Part shown: in pieces, positions 14,101 through 25,006 of the stretch
Layout: each line of letters opens with the position of its first letter
How positions within the stretch are numbered: position 1 is the stretch's first letter
Source: Marsupella aquatica
Lineage: Eukaryota; Plantae; Marchantiophyta
Length of the DNA: 64,000 bases
Direction: 5' to 3'
Assembly (NCBI GenBank): GCA_973895155.1
Contig: OZ316895.1
Span: 7,738,184 to 7,802,183, forward strand
Position numbers and translations under genes: made by a program
The notes under the pieces: generated by a model
The model's database searches: none
What the model saw: only the letters and a program-made list of their open reading frames with translations
Told to the model about the DNA's origin: nothing

Positions 14101-17100
14101 CAATGGCCATGTAACCAGGCATGAACGATATGTCTTTTGATGCCAAATACATGATGACTCCATTCCAAATACCAATCAAGTTGTATCACCTACTTTTCCC
14201 ATCCTAACCACACTTGCCCCTATAAAGGGCTACGGGTAACCCGTAGCTCTCATTTCGAAGAGTACAAGTTCAGAAATGTGTTTTGAGCTTCATAAAAGGT
14301 GCTGATTGTAAAAGCTTTTTTTGGCAAATACTCCACAAAAGGTGCTATTGTTCCACCTTTTATGGTGAGTAGTGAGACGTGGAATGAGTCTTTTATAGTG
14401 GCAGGTGTGGTTTAAGAGGACTCAGGTTTCACTATTTTGGTATCTATATATCTTTTGTGTGACTCTATTATGCGGTTTACTCTAGATGTCTACCAAGCTT
14501 TTCAATTTTCTCTGGACTAATGCTTTTGTCTTCTCTTGTCCTTTGTGTGATCTTTGTTCTCCTTTGGTTGGTGGGGACTCTTGAGCTTAGAGACACTCTT
14601 TGTTCTTCCTGGTGTCTTTCCATTATACTCTTTCTCCCCTTTACTGGCTCTGTCACCTTTCTGATTTTGCCTCTGGGTTTGGCATTTTTGTTCTTTTGCA
14701 CTATGATAGTATGTGTTTGGTCCCCAATTTTCCAATGAAGGGAACCATCCTGGAAGGATCGTAATGTCAAGCGAAAAACTCTTTGGCCACGTGAACTCTT
14801 CTGGACTCTCACCGTATTTTTATGAATTTTTTAATCCATCGAAATTGAGTTTTTCAAGAATCACTGTTTTTTATAGAGAAAAAAGATACGTACAATCAAG
14901 GTTGCTCCTCTTTCATGATGACGAAAGCTTTTTGCCCCTCTCGTCCTTTTTCGACATAAAATATTTAAAGAAAAAAACAGTACAAAAGGTAAAGCTCACA
15001 TTAAGTGGAAAAACCATAGTGTGGGTTCCAATCACGAAATAAAGGTAAACAAATAAAGTGTACTTCAACTAATCATGAGAAATCAAGGGAACTAAAAGCC
15101 TCCAACTACCACAACAGGAAAAGGGCCAATCTCATCCATGTCAACTGGTTGCTTTTCCTGTGATCCTTCCGAAAGCACTACAAGATCCGCTCAAAGTCCA
15201 TTTTTAAAAGGGCATATGCAATGTATGTCAATAGGTTGCCTTTTCTCGGATCCTTGCGAAAGCAATTCAAAATGTCCTCAAATAGGAAATGTGCTCAAAC
15301 TGAATTTAAAACGTGGGGACTATATTGAATAGTGCAGGATCACATTTGAAATTTATAATAGTGAATATTAGCCTTGGGCAGGCTGGATGAGAAGTGTACC
15401 CTCATTTGTTATCTTTATACATAACTAGCCCATGCCCTTTCGTTGCACAAAATTTCTTCAGTGAGGGCAAGATGTCAAAGTGAGAGCAATATGTCAAGAT
15501 GAGAGCAATATTTCGAGATGAGGGCAACCTGTCAAGGTGAAGGCAAGATTCTGAGGTGAGTGTTTGTGATTGGGATGTGAAGCCAGCAAGGGGGGTTAGG
15601 AATGAGAAACTTCAAGGAATTCAAAGATAAAATTGATTTTGAAAATCCAAATAAAGAGCAAGAACCTTTCCGTGGATGGGAAAGGGAATTTATTTTTAGT
15701 TTTTAGTTATGTTTTTACTTAATTAATGACTATTTTTTCAATAATTATAGCCCTCCTCCCTTCCCCTCCCTTCCCCATTCTACCTTGTTCTTGCTCCACC
15801 CCTCCTTTTTTTTCCTTTCTCCCCCCTCTCATCTGAAGATGTCTACATAATATGTTCAACATCTGAAGATGCATCAAAAGAGGTTTAGAGATACTTTACT
15901 TGTCTTAAGTTTGTTTGGGTTTATTTATTTTTAAATTGCTACGTGGATTTGGGGACCTACTTAGTAAAACAAATTGAAGCAAAATGAATGTCCCAAAAAT
16001 TTATGATGACCCTCATAAAACCAACTGAATGAGAAACATATCAAGGGAAATGAAAATAAAACAGTGAATTACTACGGGGGACAAAAGAAAGAAAGAAAAT
16101 AGGTGGGAGATAGCATGGGCAAGGAGACTGCAAGTTCAATTTAGTTAAGCTCTAATTGAGCTTTCATCATTAATGAATTTCCACTTTTCCTGAGCTTTAA
16201 TGGTTCACCACTATTATTAAGATTTAGTTTGTGCATTGACTGATTGGATTGAAGCCTAGTAGAGAGGGTGGGTTTATAAGACCTTGGGTCCATTTTACAT
16301 CCTAAAGATAGTGTACATGACAATGTATAAAGAGTTTTGAATTATTTTCATAGAAAATCTAGTGAGGGGGACAGACACTAGATTATAAAAGGCGGAAACA
16401 ATTCATTCTCCCTTACAGTGTCCCACTACGATAACATTCTGGCAGGCATTTTGGAAGGAATATCTATTCTATTCCTTTGGGCACCTTGTAGGTATTGTAA
16501 AAAACATCATCCCACCCCGAAATATAGGTAATTGGGCCTCCCCCAAAATCAGCCATTTCTACTCAGTATTTTGTGAGGGAGTTGACAGTTAATGCCTCAA
16601 GCGCCCGCTAAGGATGATATGGGGGATACACCAAATACCAACTTGTAAATATTATTAGAATTATGGAAAAGCTTTCATTTTTCCTGGTCTTAAGTACGGC
16701 CATCAGAGTTTTAAAGATGTAGAAATATTTTCTCCCCCTGTTTTAATTTGTATCATCCAGACAGGAGCTTGAGAAGGCAAGAACCTGGCAGTGTTTAGCC
16801 AATTAAAAAAGCATTGTCACCAACAATTACTGTTTTAATTTGCTAACAATTCACCTCACTTTGGCAAGAATTTGGCCGGAAATTATCCTTGAATTGAGGA
16901 AGATCTCAAGTATTGGATCGATGTAGGACAAGTAGATACTTAATAGGGGTGTCAAAAGAGAGTCATAAATAATATACAGACAACCATAAAGTTGTTTTAT
17001 GGCCAGGAAGTAAGGAGTTACAAGATAACTTATAGTCTTGACAGGCTACAATATTTAGTCTCACACTTTTTATTAACTATGAGATCATATTTGTGTTAAG

Positions 17101-18430
17101 TTAGAGTAATTAGTGTGTGTGATACTAATATGATATGAGACTAATAGTGATCACAAGTTAAATAGTTTCATATATATTTAAATTAAAAATAAAACAAATA
17201 AATAATAGTCAATTTTTTCTGTTAATTAAATGAAACATAATATTTTATTATAACTTATAAAATTTACATATACTAGGCACATATTGAGAAAACTTCAGGA
17301 ATTTATAACCTCCTTATTACAAATCAGAGTTTGGGGTACTCAACCACATGGAGCAAACAAAATCTTTTTGATTCACTTCTATCAAGTATGAATGACACAA
17401 GCTATCTTACTTAAGTTACAAAGTAACCTCCTGTGCAGTCTCCTAAAACCTGTCCCCTATGTCTCATCCTTGCGAGACGGCATACAACCCTAATAGAAGT
17501 AGATTGAGCTGGCTCTTCACCTGGTTCACCAACATAGGAGCTATTTCAACAGGAGCAGCAATTGTGTTGTTCTATGAAAATGGGGATGCTAGGCTCATGA
17601 GAAATCAAAGGTAGCTCATCGCTTATTGCAGAAAATTTGTAAACATTCATGGAAAGACAGTTTACTTTAGAAATCTCTACATGCATTGATCCTCAACCAA
17701 AATGGGCTATGTTGGGCTTGTTGGAAAGCACATCTCAAGGAGTTTCTAATGGTAAGGGGATTGAGAGTTCTCATTGTATTCTCATTACAATGAGACATAA
17801 ACACCGAATATACATTTCACCTGTTGTGTCAAGAAAAGAACAGATGTTTTGATACACCAAAACTTTTCTCAGGTCTTGAAGTTCAGCATGCGCAGGCAAG
17901 AGGAGATGCATATTACCAGTGACAGTTTGAAGTAGTGTTGATTCTCTTTCCCTTGTTCTAGCAAATCCAGCTATGATAGGTGATCCGTATCCTGCCATGT
18001 TTCAATCTGTAAAATTTTCACAAAGACTAACAAGCTAAAACACAAGGAAAACTTTCTACGAACATATACCAAAAGAAATGTAGTTAGTAGTCTGGATAAC
18101 TTTGGAGTGAGTCCAGTTTAGGGTGACCACCAATAACATTGTTACCTCTAATTATGAATATTTTTAAATATGTTCTTATATTTTTTAAAGTTGAGGATGA
18201 CAAATACTGTCACTTGGCTGAAAATCATGGGCAATCCATAATTATTGTGCTTGACACTTATTCTTTAGGTGACACTAAATATTGTAAAGAGTGTAACTAC
18301 AAGCCCCATAAGAATCTTAGTTCTAATTTTTATAGCCCATAACACTCGTTTGGGGAAAACTTTGACACACACTAATGTTGATATATAGCATGTTCATCCT
18401 GGAACATGTCTTTTTTTTGTCTTCTAGTGA

Positions 18431-18612
18431 TATGTAATTCATTTAAATAAGGACATTTAAAATATGTGCACATAAAATCACATTATGACCAAGAAAGTAC
18501 AAAGATACGAAAGAGTTGAGTTATGTAATTCATTTAAATAGGGACATGTAAAATATATGCACATAAAATCACATTATGACCAAGAAAGTACAAAGGTACT
18601 AAAGAGTTGAGT
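18431..18612. repeat. Direct tandem duplication, 2 x ~91 bp
   Basis: TATGTAATTCATTTAAATA...CCAAGAAAGTACAAAG...AAAGAGTTGAGT occurs twice with few substitutions. Confidence 0.85.
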
Positions 18613-18651
18613 TGTGCACATATAGTATAGATTTTCACTTGCTTCTAGGTC

Positions 18652-18698
18652 ATTCAATTCAATTCAATTCAATTCATTCAATTCAATTCAATTCAATT
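18652..18698. repeat. (ATTCA)n microsatellite
   Basis: About 9 imperfect ATTCA units, read directly. Confidence 0.9.
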
Positions 18699-21600
18699 AA
18701 AACCATAAATTTTGCAAAGTAAACCATGAAGGGAACTTAATACACCAGATGTTCACATTGATCAAATTCATTTCTTACACTCTCATGAGAAAAAAGAGAA
18801 TTCACTAAGGAGTGATTGAAAAGGAAAGATTAAACCTTGATGAGGGGAGCCAAATACATTCAAAATACTCTATCTTCACTAAAATTAAGAGGGGTCCTAA
18901 ACTTAATTCAAAATCAAATTAATACAAATGATTTACCTTGTTAATACACATTAAAATTAAAATACTTGACACAATATATGAATGAGACAAAATCTGAAAG
19001 GTGGATTCACCATTATAGCAGCATCAAAACATATGTTGATATATCTTCTCCTTCACGTTCAGAGACTCCAACATCACACAAGGTGACATCCGGCGAGCTT
19101 CTCACCTCGTGGCACTCGCCAGCTTGGCGAAACTGAAGAAACCTTATTAAACAAATGAATTAAGTTTGCTCTTACCCCATGGCGGCTTTTACTCTATGGC
19201 GGAAGGCCGGTAGGTCGCCACTCACCAGGGGCCAGACGCATCACAAACTCTGGAAAGAGAAGAGCGAAAGAAACGAGGCAGACAGAGCCGCGGCGCCAAA
19301 CTGCTCGGTAAAGCGGGTGCAAAACTGCGAGGGACGGAGAATTCACCCACGCGCCGACTCATGAACCCGCCTCCGTTAACCTTTTCGCTAAACCCCACCT
19401 ACACCCTCGATACTTCGATAGGGTAGGGTAGGTCCACCTCACGGTATCTTCCGGAAATCCGGACCATACCAATGAGTTTGCAGTACGTATTCATGTACCA
19501 CGAGACAATACAAATAAGTCTCTGTAGAGTATTCCAGCATAAGTGTTTCATACTTAATAATACGGTATGTGGTAATGATGTACACAGAATTTGGCCGTAT
19601 ATATTAATTTACTACCGGACAATACCAAGTACTCTGTCGAATAATTCAGTATAATGTGTTTCTAAAGCATTAATATATAGTAATGAGTACTTTACGGAAG
19701 ATTTCCGTAGAGTACGACTGCAGTCATTATTCTACTTGTGAAATTAATATGCTATAATGTCAACCCTGAAGATGATCATAAACTGCCGCCGGACGTCTTT
19801 TTGGATCTGAATTTATTGCTTGATTGTTGTACTCAATGGGTTGCAGACTTGCAGTGACCTGACACGCACTTATGCTTTTCATTTCTATATTAGCCCAATG
19901 CTTGCGAGTCGCATAGTACTTTAGTGTTAATAGGGAGACATTGTTCTCTCAAGAGATTATTCTTGAGTAACGTATGGGTGAGTCCGCCTAAGAAATGTAT
20001 TTCAAAATGAATGCTAGTTGTAACGAGAGTGACGGGTTAGATGAGGTTGCAGAACAGCAGCTTCACGCCCGTCTCTTCGTTAGAAAATACATTTCACCAT
20101 AATCCAAATGCCAGGGGGCAATCTCGTGGGAATGACATTACATAAACAATCCATGAAACTAAAGAGCGAGATTACATGTTCAGATTTCTACTGGTTTAAT
20201 GATTGAAGGTTTATTCAAATTAAGAGATAACAAGCCACACAACCGGCTAGAGGTCTTTGGCGGGGAAAAATCAGCCATCTGGTAGTGCCTGCAAAGAAAA
20301 AGATCTTGCTTTTTGGAGTAATATCTTTGTTTCTATAGCACCCGTGCAGGAAAGTTAGTGAGAGTGTGATCTCAATCTATAAATCAGTGAACATAGTCGC
20401 ATACTCTCACTGACGAGAAGAGCAGAAATTGCTCATGGTGTCCTTCCAGTTAACCAATAGGTAATGGGTTGAACCTGAAGAGACAGCATTTCAGTCCATG
20501 AATCAGAAGAAATACCATTTGTCCAGGGGGTTTGGGTGACTACTTTTTGTGTCTCAAGACCAAACGAAAAGGCAAGAAGTCCTAACCATGCCACCCCCCC
20601 CCCCCAAAAAAAAAGGCAGTCAAAATTATGAAAAAGGGTGTCTTGCTGAGGGACATTGTCTGCACTTTATGCTGACATGTCTTTCATACGCTTGCTATTC
20701 ACGAAGCTTAGGTGACCGTTTGATGAGTTAGGTTCTTGAAGCAAGTGCGAGGAAAGTTGGGGGCTGGGTTGTTCAGGGCACGGTTTCGTTTAGTTCTACT
20801 CTTTTTCTCGACTCATTGTACATAGCTAGCCATTCCGTACTTGGGCATAGCATGGTCCTCGCTGATCTTGGCATCCCACCCGTTTATATTGTGCTTTATA
20901 TGTAGAGAGGTTTACACCTCCTGTATACATACCATTTCATAGCTTGTATACATACCATTTCATTGCTGGAAAGATGCTAGCAAACAAGAGTTTTTTTCCA
21001 GCAAGGAAGAGTATTGTCAGTGAGTCACCCCCCTGGTTTTTTATGCCTCATGATTTTGGCTGACTTTGGATTTCTAGTGAGTGTCTAGCACTCCGCATGG
21101 CTACCAAGTGCTCTTGCCTTAAGAGAAGTCCATAGATTGGATTTTTCTGGAAAAAGCACACAACAATTTAAATTATTTCAAGCCAACTTTTGGCTAGTGG
21201 GGGACTAAGTTTCTTACTCAAGTACTGGATATTTAGGTATATTCCTTGTATAAAAATGTATGATTTGAGAGGGAAACATTTTGGGTTGTTTCATGATCCC
21301 TAGTTAGAGCTTGTCTAACCTTCGAACAAAGGATACCTAACCGTTTGTTATTTGTTCAGGACGGTTGTACGCTTGTGGTGTCCTCAAGGCTTAAAAACCG
21401 ACCACAAACAAGGACGAACGGCATCCAATAGTTCTTACTAATGTGGAAGAAGTCTCACACGACAGATCCTTAAACCTCTTTTGTTGGGTTGGAACTAGGC
21501 ACGAAAGAAGCCCAGCCTTGGATGAGAGACACTCCATTACAGTAATCGCGTAATGACCGTCATTCATCATTGTAGTACAGCATTATAGACTTCATCAAGA

Positions 21601-21823
21601 CCTCGGTTGTAATCAGCAAATCTCATGGATTGATCAGTGGGTGGAATTCATCATGACACGCAAAATTGTCACTTTGTTGCAATTACATTACACATCAACC
21701 ACAGCGTGTAAGACATGTTGTCTTCGAGAGTAAGGGAAACGCATTTATGGAGGATAAGTACATCTTACAACGTCACTTTGCTACAAGCTGCAGTAGTTAC
21801 TCGCACATTATCTTCTCGTCGGT

Positions 21824-21941
21824 AGTCTTATACTCTTATACTCTTTTTGCTTTAACCCGGGGCTTTAAGTAATGCACAAATCGATAGTCTTATACTCTTA
21901 TTGGCTTATTGCTTTAACCCGGGGCTTTAACTAATGCACAA
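21824..21941. repeat. Tandem duplication, 2 x ~60 bp
   Basis: TAGTCTTATACTCTTAT...GCTTTAACCCGGG(G)CTTTAA.TAATGCACAA occurs twice. Confidence 0.75.
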
Positions 21942-22705
21942 GTTGAAACAAATCTCAGGACAATAGACGATTCAACTAATTCAAGGCACGCAAACGGAAG
22001 TACCGCAACATGTTACACTTATTTACAGTTATGGCGTTTAGTACTGCAAGTACATGCTTACAGAAAAGCCGTTTAGAATGATACTAATCTTACACTTGTG
22101 TGGACTTCTGTTGTTATTGGTAAAATGAAGACTGTACTTAAACGGAAAGTATCATGGCACGAGTACATGCCATACATAAGCAGCTGAACAATGTTGTTAT
22201 TGCCTTCAAGGTATATAAGGTGATGTTATTATTACTCGTACATTAGTGTTGCTCAGGAAAGAGTCCACCATATTGGACCTACCCCATCTCGTCATCTCGA
22301 TGTACCCCCGAGCAGCTGGGTCATAAATGGATTAAGTAAGGAGTTTATAGAGTGCAAATATCTACTTACCCCGTCCATTTCAGAAAATCATACCTATAAA
22401 AGAGTAAATGTCAATGAGAGAGTACCTGAAGCTGCGTCATCTCTGGCATTGTTCCACCACATGGGTTACACAATCTACTAGCTCAATATCCATGTGTTAT
22501 ATAGAAGCTATTGTTGCGTAAAATATGTGAATGCACAGAAGACATCAATGTGTGAAAGATATCAGTGCAGAACAATGTTACACAAAAGATGTCATTGTGA
22601 GACTGATACCAATGTGCAAGAAATGTCATTATGGAATTGACATCATTCTGCAAAAGATATGGTGTAGTGAAAAATATTGTTGCACCAAAGGAGATAATTA
22701 TTCAA

Positions 22706-22812
22706 TTTTTTGGTTTGCGTTAAAGGTTTCATTGTGTATAGACATTAGTGCAGAAAAGGTTTTTGGTTTGCGTTAAAGGTTTCATTGTGTATAGACATTA
22801 GTGCAGAAAAGG
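22706..22812. repeat. Tandem duplication, 2 x ~54 bp
   Basis: TTTTTGGTTTGCGTTAAAGGTTTCATTGTGTATAGACATTAGTGCAGAAAAGG is repeated exactly. Confidence 0.85.
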
Positions 22813-23585
22813 TGTCGTTGCACAAAAGATAGTGATGGTCAGTAACCACAAGTTTACGATGAGGAAGAATGTACTATCTCTTTCCCTAAAGGAAGAAGCC
22901 CCACCACACAATAACCAAGCAAAAATAAATATAGCCTCCTAGTAAATAAAATCACAACAAACACCCAAAAATTGCCTTTCCACCTTTAAAACAACTAAAA
23001 TGGAAAAGGAAAAATACTACCATTGTCATTCTTCTTTTTCTCGCCAGTCACATCCATTAGTGATTGAGTGTTTGCTGTACTCATATGATTGAGTGCAGAC
23101 TGTACCTACACTTCTAGAACTTGCATTTCCTGTAGAACAAGATGTATTCATATGAGTTATATTCTTACACTTTAGACATATAGTTAATACATATTTATTT
23201 TAGTTGATGCCTGCCTTATTTTCAGATTGAGAGAATAAGGTCGAAGATAACAAGACAAGACTATGAGTAGTGTTGGCATGATTGGATATTATAGGGATCA
23301 ATCCTTTAAATCCTGATGGAAGTATATTTTCACGCTCTACTTCGTACGACAAATGATGGAAGTGTATCGTCCATGCTCTACTTCGTACAACAAAATCATC
23401 CTGGTTCATGACCTACTATCTAAAGCAAAAACCATAGCCCCTAATTGATTCAGTAACATTTGTTTTCAATATCTAGAGTATGCTTGTGAGTAGGGAGTAT
23501 GGAAAGCACACCCTGTGCAGGTTTCACTAGGAGAATCTTTTATATTGTTGTTGTATTCTGACTTGATGTAGTCAATTCCATCTTA

Positions 23586-24197
23586 CCGTTTTTTACTAAC
23601 CTGTTCCTCACAATGGTTGAAATTGCTAACTGCTCCCCCATTCTATTTTAATTACTTCTTGCCCCCCTTTTTGTATGTTGGGTTTACTTACCGCAGGAGC
23701 TAACCCAACATCAGCCTCATTGGTTGGCTGCCATGTGGTGAGGTGCGATTCTCAAAAGCTAATCATACACGGCCCGGCGAGGCGCAATGTCAATTGTAGG
23801 GGCCTGACAGGGTGCTCAGCTCACTAAGGGCCGGGCCTGCGAGGAAAGGAGAGGGGGGGGGTCCTGAGAGGGGAAGGCCAGCCCAAGCAGGGCCGTAAAT
23901 ATCGAGCCTAGGAGAGGGTGTAGTCGCGAGAGGGGAAGGCACTATGGCACGGGGTAGTTGGGAGAGAGGGAGCCCAGCCCAGGCAGTGTTGTCATCATCG
24001 AGCCTGGGAGGACCGGGGTGAAGTGCAACCAATTGCGCCTTGCCATGTGGCAGCCAACCAATGAGGGCCAACGTTGGGTTAGCTCCTGCGGTTAAGTAAA
24101 CCCAACATACAAAAAGGGGGGCAGGAAGTAATTAAAATAGAATGGGAGAGTAGTTAGCAATTTCAGCCATTGTGGGGGACAGGTTAGTAAAAAGCGG
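23586..24197. mobile_element. Non-autonomous Mutator-like (MULE/foldback) DNA transposon, 612 bp
   Basis: Terminal inverted repeats of ~165 bp (23586-~23750 vs ~24031-24197). A perfect 10-bp target-site duplication TTCCATCTTA sits at 23576-23585 and 24198-24207. The interior is GC-rich with no transposase. Confidence 0.85.
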
Positions 24198-24783
24198 TTC
24201 CATCTTATGCTGCATGCCCAGTTATAAGGAGAACACAGGGAAACGGGAAGAAGAAAAGGATGAGTTACCTTGACATCAGAGAACTCAGAGGGTTTGAAAT
24301 ACTAGGGCTGAAGAATGATTTGAAGGAAAAATAAACTATTTGTAAATTTTCTGACTAACTACAGTAATAGCTTTGTTTTCTTTGGTGTGTTTGTGTGTGT
24401 GGGGAGGCTGGACAAACAAGATAAGCTGCTAATTCCACAGAGCGAGCACACAAACTACTCTAATCACTTCCCATTTTAACATTTTGTTAACAAAAAATGT
24501 CTACAAGAAACGTTTACCAGCATCAAATCAATGGGCATTTTGGATAAATGGAGAAATTTAAGTAATATGTCACCCTTCTTTGCCTTTGAGTTATCTAGGT
24601 TTGAATGACATTCCTTGACTACTGTTTAAGTTTGTGACTATCTACCATCCAAAGGAAGTGCTTTCGGTAGGCCTGTAAGACATATTTTGCCCTGAAAAAG
24701 TATTTTTTACACATAAGAAAATTCAAGGTGAGATATAAGGCACTAGACCTTAAAATCCCGTGTCAACTTTCAAAACTAAACTA

Positions 24784-25006
24784 CAGTGTTCACCATAATT
24801 ATTGTTATGCAAGAATAAGCACTAATACAAAACACTAATTTTGGTCAAAGGGATATTGAGTCTAAGTAACACTAATTTTTGTTGGTTTTTCATAATAAAA
24901 TTTCTCCACTTTTCTTTAAATCACCAAGCAAAATGGATGATCTAGTAGACCCTGAAAATAGGCGCTCTCGAATTAGAGTTAGTCGCACTAGTTACGGTGA
25001 ACAGTG
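24784..25006. mobile_element. Tc1/mariner-like MITE, same family as 43066-43659
   Basis: Left end TA|CAGTGTTCACCATAATT; the reverse complement of the right end is CACTGTTCACCGTAACTAGTG. Internal ACACTAATT motifs are shared with the 43-kb copy. Confidence 0.5.

Noticed and set aside
12290-14740. Short ORFs and weak inverted similarity between ~12400 and ~14700
   Set aside because: The similarity is too low to define TIRs, and the ORFs are compositionally biased with no homology.
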